From Octopus sinensis (taxonomy: Eukaryota), in NCBI RefSeq assembly GCF_006345805.1, contig NC_043000.1, forward strand, positions 130,944,001 to 131,008,000: a DNA stretch of 64,000 nucleotides. Direction: 5' to 3'. The notes under the pieces were generated by a model, which did no database searches, was not told the DNA's origin, and saw nothing but the letters and a program-made list of their open reading frames with translations. Made by a program: the position numbers and the translations under genes. Of this stretch, positions 39,301 to 53,361 are shown piece after piece. Numbering within the stretch: the stretch's first letter is position 1; the number at the start of each line of letters is the position of its first letter.

Positions 39301-41295
39301 TATGATCTGAAGTAAATATTTGAAGCCACTGTAAAATAAGAACTAGCATGTGAAAGGTAAAACTTCAAGGAACAATCTAACAAAAATTAATAGAATATTT
39401 TAGCATCGAAATAGACTCACAAAAGAACTGATTTCAGAGTTGTCCATAAATAAAAAAAGATCATGTTTTATAATCAAAATTACTATACCGACATTGCTAT
39501 CCTTATAATATTACCCTTAAAGAATTCGATAAAAATTATTATTACTTAGAGCAGAGGATGTAATCTGTAATTGACTGGAGTTCTTTCCAAGAAAACAGTT
39601 ATCTTTCTTCTGTTGCACGCTATGAAACCGGAGCTAAATAACGGTTTTCAAGGTACGTATTTTTCACTTTATTTTTACTCAGAACTTTAGTGTAAACTTT
39701 CAAAGATGAGAGAAAGAGATAGAAATTTGATGATAGTGATAGAGTGGAAGCAATATTCTCTATTTCTATGAAGCTTTGTTCTGTTTCAAACAACAAGAAA
39801 AATTAGCATTAACAAAATGACAAAAAAAAACTACTCTACTTGAAACTTTTCATATCATGTGAGTAATTTTTGTCCTTCTGACATGATGGAGAGAAACTGA
39901 ATTTACACTTCCCAGAAATTAACACAGATTCTGCATCGTAAATAGAAATAGTAATATTAATAATTCTTTTTACTATAGGCACAAGGCCTGAAATTTGGGG
40001 GAGGGGATAGTCAATTACATCGACCACTGGTACTTGATTTATTGACCTTGAAAGGATGAAAGGCAAAGTCTCCCTCGGCGGAATTTGAACTCAGAATGTA
40101 GTGACGGGCGAAATACTGGATAATGATAATAATAGCTTCAAATTTTGGCATAGTGCCAGCAATTTTGGACTACGAGTTAAGTCAATTACAACAATTCCAG
40201 TGCTCAATTGCTATATACTTATTTTATTGACCACGAAAAGTATGAAAAGTAAAGTCGACCTCAGCGGAATTTGAACTCAGAAATTTGAACTGACGAAATA
40301 GCGCAATTTGTACTGACGAAATACCACAAATTATTTTGCCCGGTGTGCTAAGGATTCTTTTCTACTCTAGGCACAAGGCCCGAAATTTTTTTTTGGGGGG
40401 GGGGGTCAGGTCGATTAGATCGACCCCCAATACATAACTGGTACTTAATTTATCGAGCCCGAAAGGACGAAAGGCAAAGTCGACCTCGGCGGAATTTGAA
40501 CTTAGAAAGTAGCGACAGACGAAATACCTATTTCGTTACCACCCACAAGGGGCTAAACACAGAGAGGACAAACAAGAACAGACAAACGGATTAAGTCGAT
40601 TATATTGACCCCTGTGCGTAACGGTACTTATTTAATCGACTCCGGAAGGATGAAAGGCAAAGTCGACCTCGGCGGAATTTGAATTCAGAACGTAACGGCA
40701 GACGAAATACGGCTACGCATTTCGCCCGCGTGCTAACGATTCTGCCAGCTCGACGGATACAATTTTATAAGGCTTCAATGGAGTAAACTGAACATGGTTC
40801 ATTCTTCGTTCGATTATACAACCTTGGAGAGATGAAAGACACTATTTTACTGTTTCCCAGATTCAGAATTAGTTGTAAAACCGAAACGCAACCTTATTAG
40901 AAAAGTAACATTCCAATATTGCCAGAAATTCTTGAAAATAGGAAAGTAAATTATAAGAACAAAGTACTAATATGTTTTTAGATAAGGAAGCGAAGATAGA
41001 TAATTATACCAAACACAAATACATTTGAATTAATTAACTTGTCGATATAGAATAAACAAAGGAAAGAAAATGTTAGAAATTAATAGAAGAATTTGATTAA
41101 TACTTAGAACAGATAAGTACATAAGAGGCAAAAATAAGGTAATAGATATTAATATTCTAATTATTTCAATGACGTGTTACAGATACGTCTCAAGTACAAG
41201 ATAAATATATTAGAAAGACTAGATATATATTGAAGAAAAATGTTGACTACATATAGAATACATACCGGGATACAAAGATTATAGTTACCACGAAT

Positions 41296-41683
41296 GGATG
41301 GAAGCACTCCGTCGGTTACGACGACGAGGGTTCCGGTTGATCCGAATCAACGGAACAGCCTGCTCGTGAAATTAACGTGTAAGTGGCTGAGCACTCCACA
41401 GACACGTGTACCCTTAACGTAGTTCTCGAGGATATTCAGCGTGACACAGAGAGTGACAAGGCCGACCCTTTGAAATACAGGTACAACAGAAACAGGAAGT
41501 AAGAGTGAGAGAGAGTTGTGGTGAAAGAGTACAGCAGGGATCACCACCATCCCCTGCCGGAACCTCGTGGAGCCTTAGGTGTTTTCGCTCAATAAACACT
41601 CACAACGCCCGGTCTGGGAATCGAAACCACGATCCTATGACCGCGAGTCCGCTGCCCTAACCACTGGGCCATTGCGCCTCCAC
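41296..41683 (-). mobile_element. SINE, head H1 with tail T1 (right parent of the duplication)
   Basis: TSD TAGTTACCACGAAT at 41282-41295 and 41684-41697. Confidence 0.92.
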
Positions 41684-42127
41684 TAGTTACCACGAATATA
41701 CAAGCAAGAAGAGGTCATCTGCAACTAGAAATGTCTACTGTCGGGCAACAAATGCATCTAATAAGAATAGCCCGAAATACTACAAAATGAAACAAAAAAA
41801 TATTAATCTTTATATCAAACTTAACGTGGATATTTTGTTAGAAGGTTCAATATTGCGGTAATCACCTTGAGTGGTCCTCTCAAAACTTCTCAAGGCGAAT
41901 ACCGACAATATTGGGCTTTCTGACAAAACGTCCACGTTAAGTTTGATACAAAGATTGCCTTTTGACATTAATACTCCTTTTGTCGTTAATGATTATGCTT
42001 TTTAAAAATTAGTGTTTATCAGTCTTCAGGGGATCGAGCAAATATAAAAATGAGACTAAGAGAACAGACACCAATGAGAATAGAGGAAAAAAAAAGGACG
42101 TATAAAATTTTATGAAGTAAATTAAAA

Positions 42128-42380
42128 ACGTGGTCCGGATTCAGTCCCGCTGTGTGGCACCTTGGGCAAATGTCTTCTACTATAGCCTCGGACCGACCAA
42201 AGCCTTGTGAGTGGATTTGGTAGGCGAAAACTGAACGAATCCCGTCGTATATATGCATATATATATGTGTATGTGTGCGTTTGTGTGTGTGTGGATTTAG
42301 TAGATGGAAACTGAAAGAAGCCCGTCGTATATATGTATATATATATATATATGTGTGTGTGTGGGTGTGTGTGTGTGTGT

Positions 42381-42416
<36 letters not shown>

Positions 42417-42628
42417 ATGTGTTTGTGTGTCTGTGTTTGTCCCCCCAACATCGCTTAACAACCGATGCTGGTGTGTTTATGTGCCCGTAACGTAGCAGTT
42501 CGGCAAAAGAGACCGATAGAATAAGGACTAGGCTTACAAAGAACAAGTCCTGGGGTCGATTTGCTCGACTAAATGCGCTGCTCCAGCATGGCCGCAGTCA
42601 AGTGACTGAAACAAGTAAAAGAGTAAAA
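42128..42628 (+). mobile_element. Family C SINE with an internal tandem duplication of the GTGGATTT..GAAGCCCGTCG(TA)(TG) module
   Basis: The module occurs twice (about 42210-42290 and 42292-42420). Confidence 0.85.
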
Positions 42629-42759
42629 GTGTCATATATATATTATGTTCAGTTCTTTTGAGAGGACAGTTTCAAAATACACAAATCAAAACACCATGCA
42701 CACTCAATAACTGCATTAAATCATTCATTAACAATAAAACTATTGAATAAAGATTTCAG

Positions 42760-43090
42760 ACATTGACGCAATGCCAGGAATATGGTAGAACGGCAGTCTG
42801 TAAATTCACTTTTCAACTCCGAATATTTGAAATGCAAATCCTACGCGGACATCCTTTTAGTCATAAGTCCTTTTATTCTAATAGCGTCTTTTCTCCAACT
42901 ACTGCTCTCTGGAAGTCACTGCCATCGTCTTACTTTCCTCTGGTCTATGGTATTCAGTCCTTTAAGCTTTCAAGCTTTCTGTCAATGGACATCTTTTGAT
43001 TTTGTAATCTCTTTGTCCTTCCTTTTAGTCCCTTACACTACAGTAGCCTCAGGCCTTGTTTAAGGCAATGTAGTTAATAAAACATTTTTC
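42760..43090 (+). pseudogene. CR1/L2-like LINE 3' end
   Basis: FYSNSVFSPTTALWKSLPSSYFP..SFK resembles the C-terminal SFFPRTxxLWNxLP motif. Confidence 0.6.
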
Positions 43091-43374
43091 TTATAAATAA
43101 AACGTATTTAAGTACAACCTCAATCACTTCGACCATTTCGCCGGACTCGATTATCAATTTTCTCTATGGAATAAAGCAACAAATCTTAATGTATTATAGA
43201 TTCGATTAGAATGACCCGTTACGTAACTGATGTTCATTTTATTTCATTGACCGCTGGAATGATGAAAGACAAATTTATTCTCTGGCTGGATTTGACTTGG
43301 GAACATAATGAAACATAGCTACATACCACAATACATTTTGTCTACCAATCTAATGATTTTACTATATGCAGTCC

Positions 43375-43590
<216 letters not shown>

Positions 43591-44128
43591 TAGCTACTCG
43601 AAGAAGAGGAAGTGCAATAATGGTTATCTTAATAATAATGAAATTGATAAGGCAAACTGGAAGTAATTATCAAGAAGCGAAGATTTTCATTAATGAATCT
43701 ATAGGAGGAAAAAATGGATAATTATTTCCAGCATCGCAAAAACAAAAGAAAGAAATCAAGAAAAGCATAAAAGAAAGAAAGAAAGAAAGAAAGAAAGGTT
43801 TTACCATTTTGTCATCCTGCCAAACTGCCTCAACCACACAACTTGTAGGCTACACCTCTAATTATCCCCACCCCTCACCACTTATAACTATACACTACCA
43901 ATTATATAATTATTTAGTATTACACACAGAATAAACACATCCATGTATACAGGCCAAGCACAGTCACTTAACATCGATACAGTATTGTACACGTATTATT
44001 GTACAACTAAGATGCACAGCTACATCGTAATACACCAAGCAAATATCCCCACAGCCATTTGATGCCATCCTGCCATAAATTACCATTCTAGACTTTACAA
44101 CAACATCCACCACTATAATACCTCACCA

Positions 44129-44715
<587 letters not shown>

Positions 44716-45352
44716 CGGATACATATCTATGAGACTCTGTGTGTGCGTGTGTACATGTGTGTATGTGTGCGTGTCAGTGTGTGTCAGTGTGTGTGTGTGT
44801 GTGAATATGCACAATATTACTAGAGGCATGACAAGAGAAAGACAAGAGTGACATTGCCCCCGAGCGCAGTTTTGAAGTGTCTCAAAATTTCTTTATTGCT
44901 TATCATACCTGTTAATTAAGATTAAGATGTGGGGAGGGGGAGCAAATTGTCTTTTACCTGCAGGCACTAGGAACCTTTGTTACGCCACTAAGTATTACAA
45001 CGTCAAACATACAACATGTACCACCAAACCCAACACCATTGTTATACATCAGTCTACAACACCATCTCTAGAATCACTGCATGTTGGGATATTTAGTGTG
45101 GTCCTTGAGCGACACAGTAACAAAATATATTCTGGAAGATGACCCTGTGATTCAGGTCACGCTATTCGATCGACCCTTTGCAGGCCACAGGTCTGCTGAA
45201 ACAGGGTTGACGTGGAGCAGCACAACAACAACAGCAACGACCGCAATAATCTCTAAAATATAACACCATCATACACCACCATAATTACCTGTACTCTGGG
45301 CCACCGTATTCCATACGCTACCATCGTTGTATTCCAATATACAACTCCACCT

Positions 45353-45969
45353 AAGGCGGCGAGCTGGCAGAAACGTTAGCACACCGGACGAAATGCTTAG
45401 CGGTATTTCGTCTGTCGCTACGTTCTGAGTTCAAATTCCGCCGAGGTCGACTTTGCCTTTCATCCTTTCGGGGTCGATTAAATAAGAACCAGTTACGCAC
45501 TGGGGTCGATATAATCGACTTATTCCGATTGTCTGTTCTTGTTTGACCCCTCTGTGTTTAGCCCATTGTGGGTAGTAAACAAATAGGTATTTCGTCTGCC
45601 GTTACGTTCTGAGTTCAAATTCCGCCGAGGTCGACTTTGCCTTTCATCCTTTCGGGGTCGATAAATTAAGTACCAGTTACACACTGGAGTCGATGTAATC
45701 GACTTAATCCCGTTGTCTGTCCTCGTTTGTCCCCTCTATGTTTAGCCCCTTGTGGGCAATAAAGAAATAAGAAACGTTAGCACGCTGGACGAAATGCTTA
45801 ACAGTATTTCGTCTGTTTTTACGTTCTGATTTCAAATTCCGCCGAGGTCGACTTTGCCTTTCATCCTTTCCGGGCCGATAAATTAAGTGCCACTTACGTA
45901 CTGGGGTCCATCTAATTGACAGGCCACCTCCCGAAAAATTTCGAGTCTTGTGCCTAGAGCAGAAAAGAC
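45353..45969 (+). mobile_element. Trimeric family M SINE inside a single 15 bp TSD
   Basis: TATACAACTCCACCT at 45338-45352 and 45970-45984; three bodies between them. Confidence 0.9.
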
Positions 45970-46369
45970 TATACAACTCCACCTCTATGTATAATTAACT
46001 ATAATTAACAAACCAACAACCACTAACACTACAATGAACAACAAACACCAACTCTATGTTGCTTACCATCACCACTACAATACACTCTACACACGTTCAC
46101 TTCTTCGCCAACACTAACGCTGTATTCGCTGGTCTGAAAACAAATTAGCATTGTCGAAGGTTGGAAAATAGTTTTAAAACCAGAATAGAGACATTGTGTC
46201 CTAATTTCTGCAGCAAAGAGAAATCTTCAACAGATAATAATGCTGTTTTGCCTGTAGGAATAATAAGTACACCACTTTCAATTAATAACAATGTTAAAAT
46301 TAGATTTGCACACATCAATCAGTGTTTGAAAATTTCGCTTACGTTTTCCTTCTTTCTGTCTACCATTCG

Positions 46370-46900
46370 TATACATACATACACACATACATACACACAT
46401 GCTTACACACACGCATACATACACTTACACATACATACACACATGCATACACACACATACATACATAGACGCACACATACATACATACACACATCCATAC
46501 ATACATGCATACACACACGCATACATACATAGACGCACACATACATACATAGTCACATACATACATACAGACAGACACACACACACATACATATATGCAC
46601 ACATACATACATACACACATGTATACACACACATACATACACGTACACATACATACACACGTGCATACACACACATACATAGACGCACACATACATGCAT
46701 ACACACATCCATACATACATGCATACACACACGCATACATACATAGACGCACACATACATAATCACATACATACAGATAGACACACATACATACATATAT
46801 GCACACATACATACATACACACATGCTTACACACACATACATACACACATGCATACACACAAACATACATATTTGTGCGCGTATGTGTGTGTGTGTCTTC
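46370..46900. repeat. Complex (TACA)/(CA) microsatellite with higher-order repetition
   Basis: CATAGACGCACACATACAT..CACATCCATACATACATGCATACACACACGC recurs at about 46460 and about 46680. Confidence 0.9.
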
Positions 46901-47248
46901 ATTTACCTATTTTGTCTGGTTTGTTATGTTATGCATGCGCGTACATGCATACATATGTGTACGTTCGTGCGTATATGTGCGTGAGTGTGTGTACGTATGT
47001 GTATATGGGTGTGTACATGTGTATTTTAGTGTGTTAAAGCAAGGTGTATGTATGAGCTTAATATGTAGGTAACTAAAAGAACAGTAATCCATTCGCCAGA
47101 CACTGTTAAGAAGGCAGAGAGGCGAAGAATATTGGCATTAAAAGCTGCTAGACACCGAGCTTATTATGTCTCAGTGCCTATACACATACATAACACACTA
47201 TATACTATATATATATACACACACACATATATATGTATATATATATAT

Positions 47249-47280
<32 letters not shown>

Positions 47281-47283
<3 letters not shown>

Positions 47284-47973
47284 CTAAGCAATAAGGGTTC
47301 AGCAACGAGTTGCCTTACCACATACCGAATTTAGAAATAGCAGTCAAAGGGTTATAGCCATTTCTTCTACTAAAAAGGGAGATCTCAGTAAAAACAGCAA
47401 TTGGAAGGCTGACACAAACAGGTAAGAGAGAATGAATTAACCGCAATCTATCAAACATTTTAAAGTTATCCACGGACGTACGTTTCGAAATCAAGTTTTA
47501 GGAAAGCATAAGAATTAAAATATTAAATATTAAATAATTCTATCTTACCGAAACTTCTTTTCTCTTCAGCGTGGAATACTATAATCATAATGATTATATA
47601 TTGAATTTTGAGATACTAGGAGGTACCAACTCAACTCAGTATCAGAGCGAGCTAGAATCCTCAACTAGTATCACCGAATTCAAATTTGTGAATGAAACGA
47701 TTGTGTCAACAGCCCCTTCCCACCCGCGTGTAGCCAAACAAGATGCTGTAGTCATCTACTGAGATAAAATATGGTTATCCGTAATAATGAAGGGTGAAAT
47801 TAATTAATTTGGAATAATTATCAATTACACCAAGTAGTCTTCGGCATGTAAAAGCCTCATTTGAGGAAATTTAAGTAATACTAAGCAATAAGGGTTCAGC
47901 AACGAGTTGCCTTACCACATACCGAATTTAGAAATAGCAGTCAAAGGGTTATAGCCATTTCTTCTACTAAAAA
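47281..47973 (-). mobile_element. Retrozyme-like element: 597 bp unit plus 96 bp terminal direct repeat, one hammerhead, in (TA)n
   Basis: 47281-47376 is repeated at 47878-47973; hammerhead at 47469-47575; no ORF of 60 aa or more on the hammerhead strand. Confidence 0.8.
47469..47575 (-). ncRNA. Type-I hammerhead ribozyme motif with a long helix II
   Basis: Minus strand TCCACG-CTGAAGA-GAAA..(68 nt folding)..TTTC-GAAA-CGTACG-TC|CGTGGA; fully canonical core. Confidence 0.88.
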
Positions 47974-47979
47974 AAATAT

Positions 47980-48035
<56 letters not shown>

Positions 48036-48530
48036 GCGTGTGTGTATGTGTGTACATATATTCTATCAATAGGTACTTGGTATATGTGTATATAAGTACA
48101 ACCTGGGACCTTCAAGACTGCTATAATCCAAGAAAGTATACTAGTCCCTTAATATTTTATAGTAAAATATTTCATCTATTCAATAAGACAATCAATACTT
48201 CATTTCATTTTACTATATATATATTATTTATACTATATATTCTATATTCTACTTTAATATTATAAAGAATATAAATAAAACATAAAAAACAGAGTTGGAA
48301 TTTCTTTGAATAATATATATAAAATTTATGCGCTCTTTTCAAGCCTGGCCAGGCTTATGGGGCTTGTTTTCCGGTTTCTGTGGCGTATGTGTCCCCCCTC
48401 CACCCCCAGCTGGACGGATCTCCAGTTCATCGCCAACAACAGCGACATCACCACCATCGCCAGCGACAACCCAACCATCACCAATAGCTACCCAACGTCC
48501 ACGATCCAGACCTATTAGCCACTATAATAT

Positions 48531-48763
48531 ATTTCTTTACCACCCACAAGGGGCTAAACACAGAGGGGACAAACAAGGACAGACAAAGGGATTAAGTCGA
48601 TTACATCGACCCCTAGTGCGTAACTAGTACTTAATTTATCGACCCCGAAAGGATGAAAGGCAAAGTCGGCCTCAGCGGAATTTGAACTCAGAACGTAACG
48701 GCAGACGAAATACGGCTAAGCATTTCGCCCGGCGTGCTAACGTTTCTGCCAGCTCGCCGCCTT
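48531..48763 (-). mobile_element. Family M SINE
   Basis: Full head to tail match. Confidence 0.88.
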
Positions 48764-48946
48764 ACAATAGCAGCAGCAAAAGTAACAGGTCCGTTTCAAT
48801 AAAACAGCCACCCTCGTCACCACTGCCTCTATGGATGGCAGCATCTCTAACAAAAACATCAGCGGCATCGCCAACAGGCTTATTGGCTACTATAGTATGA
48901 GTAGCAGAGGCAACGTCTATAACGGCAACAGCAGCAGAACCGGCAG

Positions 48947-49496
48947 CGAATATTTTTCCCCACGAGGGTTCCGGACCCCAATTATGAACTCATTTGCATA
49001 CAGCTAATCAGCGCTCAACTATCAAACTAATTTATGAGCACATAACAAGTGATGGGCGATAAAATAAAGTCACTTGGGTAAGGAATGACCATGTTTCTTT
49101 TTCTCTTTTAAGAATGCTTGTTGTTCTTGTTCTTGTTTCAACCATGGCTGCCTCTGCTTAGTTATTTGTGTTGTTGTTTACTTTGTAAAATAGTAAGAGA
49201 GAGGGTTGCTAGCTCATCACCCTCTACCCACATTTTTCCCATTCACATCTTTACCATATAGGACCCTAACAAAATCCGATAATAGATGTAGATGCAAATC
49301 TATCTAATTACTTGTCCTCTTCTAAAATCAGGCATAACTTGGTCATCGATCGACTTACAACACCGTTCTTCGTCTTGAGTTTACTTGGTAGAGTATGTTT
49401 TTTAACTTGACAACTAGGTCAAGGTGAGCTCTGATTGGCTGTATGCAAATGAATTCATTACTGTGGTCCGAAACTCTCGTAGCAAAAACAATTTTG
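48947..49496. mobile_element. MITE-like element with about 70 bp inverted arms carrying octamer and CCAAT motifs
   Basis: 48947-49017 approximately equals the reverse complement of 49425-49496; ATGCAAAT at 49443-49450 and 48992-48999 (reverse). Confidence 0.65.
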
Positions 49497-49734
49497 AAAA
49501 CCGGCATCCTCCACCATTACCAGCACCAGCAGCCCCGGATTCATCAATAACAATACCAACACAGGCGGCGGCGCCAGCTGCAGCGACGACAACAACAACT
49601 GCAGCAACAACAACTTTTGGAATCTGCATGGAGGCACCACAGGTTGAAACCACAAGCCAAGGCCGAAGCGAGACTATCATTTACCTTCGTGGTGCTTTGG
49701 TGACCTTAAGATGACCGCAAGATACCCTTAAAAA

Positions 49735-49945
49735 CGAGGCTAATGTACTTGCGCGTACAAATGCACGTTCCCACGGCTTTATCGTTCGCATTCTCACCTG
49801 GAATCGATTTTTGTAATTTTTTCAAGACTTATACACGCCCTGATACCGTCAGTATCTACATATCAAATTTGAGCGCAATCGGATGGAGGATGCCCGAGAT
49901 CCGAGAAGGCACACACACACAGAACGGATTTTATATAAGGGAAGA
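49735..49945 (+). mobile_element. Non-autonomous Helitron-like fragment
   Basis: CAAATTTGAGCGCAATCGGATG..CACACACACAG..TTTTATATA..AGAT layout, similar in style to 9775-9895; recalled, not searched. Confidence 0.35.
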
Positions 49946-51232
49946 TATATATATGTATGTATGTATGTATATATGTATATATATACCTATATATAAATAT
50001 ATAAATATATATACATACATATTAAACATACAAATACGCACATACGCACACATACGCACACATACACATATACATTATGTTTGCATAACGAGAGTTTCAA
50101 ACAACAAAATTTGACCCAGTCAATAGACGTTAAGACGATATTACGCAACATGAAGTTATAGTCTTAATGGCCACATCTCAATTGCCGAGACAGATATAAT
50201 GAAAGACAGTCGCACACATACACACAGAAAAATTACTATCTCTCAGTGTTTCTCCAAATACAATGTGAATCACTTGAGTCAAACACTTAAAAAATAATAA
50301 TGAAATGAAAGCGAATTGATATCGTAGTAATTATTAACTATTTTTCAGTTATAAAATAAATTTTATCACTAACAAAAATAAATGGGGAATTGACAGATTT
50401 AAGTGAGATAGCTTTTGTAGCTATTAGTAAGAGACGTTTTAAACTATTAACTATACTAACATTTGCAAATTTGTCAATTTACCAACACGGAATGGAAGCC
50501 GAACAAATAAACCAAAAATATAAATGTACAGAAATATTCTCATTTATTGAAAACATACGTAGTTTTTCTGTGATATGAAGCTTTGTGAATATTGTTTCAA
50601 CTTTTTTCTTGCCATCTCGGTGAGAACACTGAACTTAGCGGTTCAATTTTTTGTTAATACCCGTGAGGCCAAGAAAAAGCAGTCCATAGTTCCATAAACA
50701 AAGTAAGCAGGTAAGCTAACTTTTAAATTGAGTGTATTGTAATCAATATTTAAATCTTTTGATACCAACCTATTTTCGACGGTCCTCGGTTCAGTGATAC
50801 AAATTTCTTTTGAAAGTATCTAAACATGGAAAGAAAGATAAGATAACGCCGTTAGTATGAGTTGTTAGGAAGGTGAAATATTATAACTGAATAGATCAAG
50901 AGAAATTAAGAGAAGTTAAAAGAAATTAAAAGCAATTAGGAACAAGACAAGAGAAGGTGAATTGGACTTTTTTCAAGAAATTTTTTTAAAAAACACTTAA
51001 ATAAACAGTTGCTTACAGAAATTTTCGCTTTCTTTTTGAAGCTTAATATAAACTTCATAAACTTCACACATTATTTAAACATGTTCCATCAAAATGTTTT
51101 AATTTCTGTTCTGAATACCAGCTTATTAGTAACAAAATAATTTTACTAAATTCTTCCTTATTTTCTAATTTTCTTGAAATAGAGATGGGTATCTCAACAG
51201 AAATATGATAAGAAAATTGCACAACAAATACC

Positions 51233-51466
51233 TATTTCTTTACTACCCACAAGGGGCTAAACACAGAGAGGACAAACAAGGATAGACAAACGGATTAAGT
51301 CGGTTATATCGACCCCAGTGCGTAACTGGTACTTATTTAATCGACCCCGAACGGATGAAAGGCAAAAGTCGATCTCGGCGGAATTTGAACTCAGAACGTA
51401 GCAGCAGACGAAATACTGCTAAGCATTTCGCCCGGCGTTCTAACGTTTCTGCCAGCTCACCGCCTT
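51233..51466 (-). mobile_element. Family M SINE
   Basis: TSD CAACAAATACC at 51222-51232 and 51471-51481. Confidence 0.9.
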
Positions 51467-52429
51467 TGAGCAACAAATACCACTACACTCAGAAAGGAGA
51501 GAAACTAAAGCGTCCAGCAATTTGAAGCATGTTTTGGGAATCATTGCTGTGGAAATAAGTTTGGGCCAGACAACATAGCATTGGTTTTGATGTAGTAGGC
51601 CTCTCAGATAATAAATTCTCGGCAAAATTTGTTCAGTCATGTTACTCTGTTATCGAAATAAAATAACTCATAGCTGGATTGACAATGGTTTTCATTTTCT
51701 TCATTTTTTATGATGGTTCAGTCAGATGGCAGAAGCAGCCCTTTGCAGTCCGACCGATCTTAGTAAGATTGATAAAGTTGAACACTTATAAGATGACATT
51801 GGTAGATAGAACGTGGATACAAATGAAATTTTAGAAAATTAATCGTCTTACAAGAAAGAAGTAAGCATATTTATAAATGCGAGGTCTCGGAAACAGATAC
51901 GGCATGGCAAACAAGAGGAAAGAATAGTATGCAACTAGTATTCTAGAACATTGTTGAATTTCTTCTAACCAAGTTTTTTTTTTCATTTTTTTGTTTCAAA
52001 AAATTTATTTCTGATGTAGTTTTGCATAGTGATACCGAAAATCATATTCATATTTTTTTCTAGAAATTAATAATGAAAAAAGTTACAACCATTTAAAATT
52101 ATATAATTTTAGCTAATCAAAGCGTCGATTGCCGAATTTATGGGAAGTGGTGACATTTTGTCCCCATGTGAATAGCATACGCGAAACCTTTATATCATCT
52201 CTAAACCTGAAAGGAAAAACAGACAAAGCTTCCTTAAATTACACCATGAAGTCTAAACGAAATCAAAAAGGACGATACATTGTGCCACAATTTCCACGGA
52301 TATAATCTTTTATCGAACTCATGATCCTTAAAACACTTATCACAAATCGATATTAAACGTACCTTCTCTTCTTTTATGGCAATATTGTTTTACAGAGTTT
52401 GGTGGTGGAGAAAGAACACCATCAATATT

Positions 52430-52720
52430 TCTTGCTCTTGAAAAGTTCGACGAAAGTAACATCATTCTACAGACATCAGCAAATCATTCGCCGTATATCT
52501 CACAAGAAACTCCTAAATAAATTGTTTACATAATAGCCTAATCTGCGTCACGGTTTCCGGTCGATTGTTTCCTATCACACCAGAGATGATGGAGTGTAGG
52601 TCACACGGAGACCTATGTCGATTTTGCTCTTCTTCCTGTGCGACGTAGCTTTTTGCACATAGGTTTCACATACAACATAAACAATTCCCGTCAAACCTAT
52701 ATTGCCGCTGCCATCTTTAT
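52430..52720 (+). repeat. Decayed LINE-like segment, inverted-duplicated at 54420-54790
   Basis: Reverse-complement match over about 290 bp; HKKLLNKL-like RT remnant. Confidence 0.7.
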
Positions 52721-53361
52721 CATCCTCATCATCATTACTACACTTCATATAATTTCAACATTGGTAATCAATTCTTTCTCTGCCACCACCACCACGCCAA
52801 TTCTTTTAAACCAAAAATAGAGAAAATACATTTAATATCGATCTGTGGAACTCAGTAAGTGTCTTAAGGCCGTGAGAGTTCGATAAATTATCACATCTGT
52901 TGATTTTAAATGTTATGGACAACATTCAACAAGTGGAAACCACTTAGGCCTACCTCAAGGAAATAAACGATGCTGTGACACAATGGTTTGCCTTTTTTGT
53001 TTTTTGTTTTTTAGACAGTGTATTGTAGTTTAAGGAAGACTTAGCTACTAATTCTCGAAGGTTGACAGAACACATAAAGGTTTCGCGTGTTCCGTTCCCA
53101 AAGGGAAAAGAGTCACAACTTTTAGTATATCTGGCAGTGAAGTCTGCTGAATGGTTAAAATTACATAATTTTAAATGATAGTAACTTTTTTTTTCTAGAA
53201 GAAAATGAATGCGATTTTCGTCATCAGCCGGCTAAACAAAATAAGAAGTATATACTTTTTTTAATAATCTGGTAGAAATTTCAGAAAATTTAATTGGTTG
53301 GAAGAAATTTAACAAGATCGGCATACTATTCCCAAACCTGAGAACTGTATACTAGCAACAT

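Larger units (their letters stand above)
30910..41550. repeat. Tandem segmental duplication, 2 x about 5.32 kb (30910-36229 and 36230-41550)
   Basis: Near-identical copies offset by 5320-5321 bp, with scattered substitutions and small indels. Confidence 0.97.

Noticed and set aside
49424-49714. 96 aa Pro/Ala/Thr-rich ORF
   Set aside because: Begins inside a MITE arm at GTG and runs through low-complexity trinucleotides.
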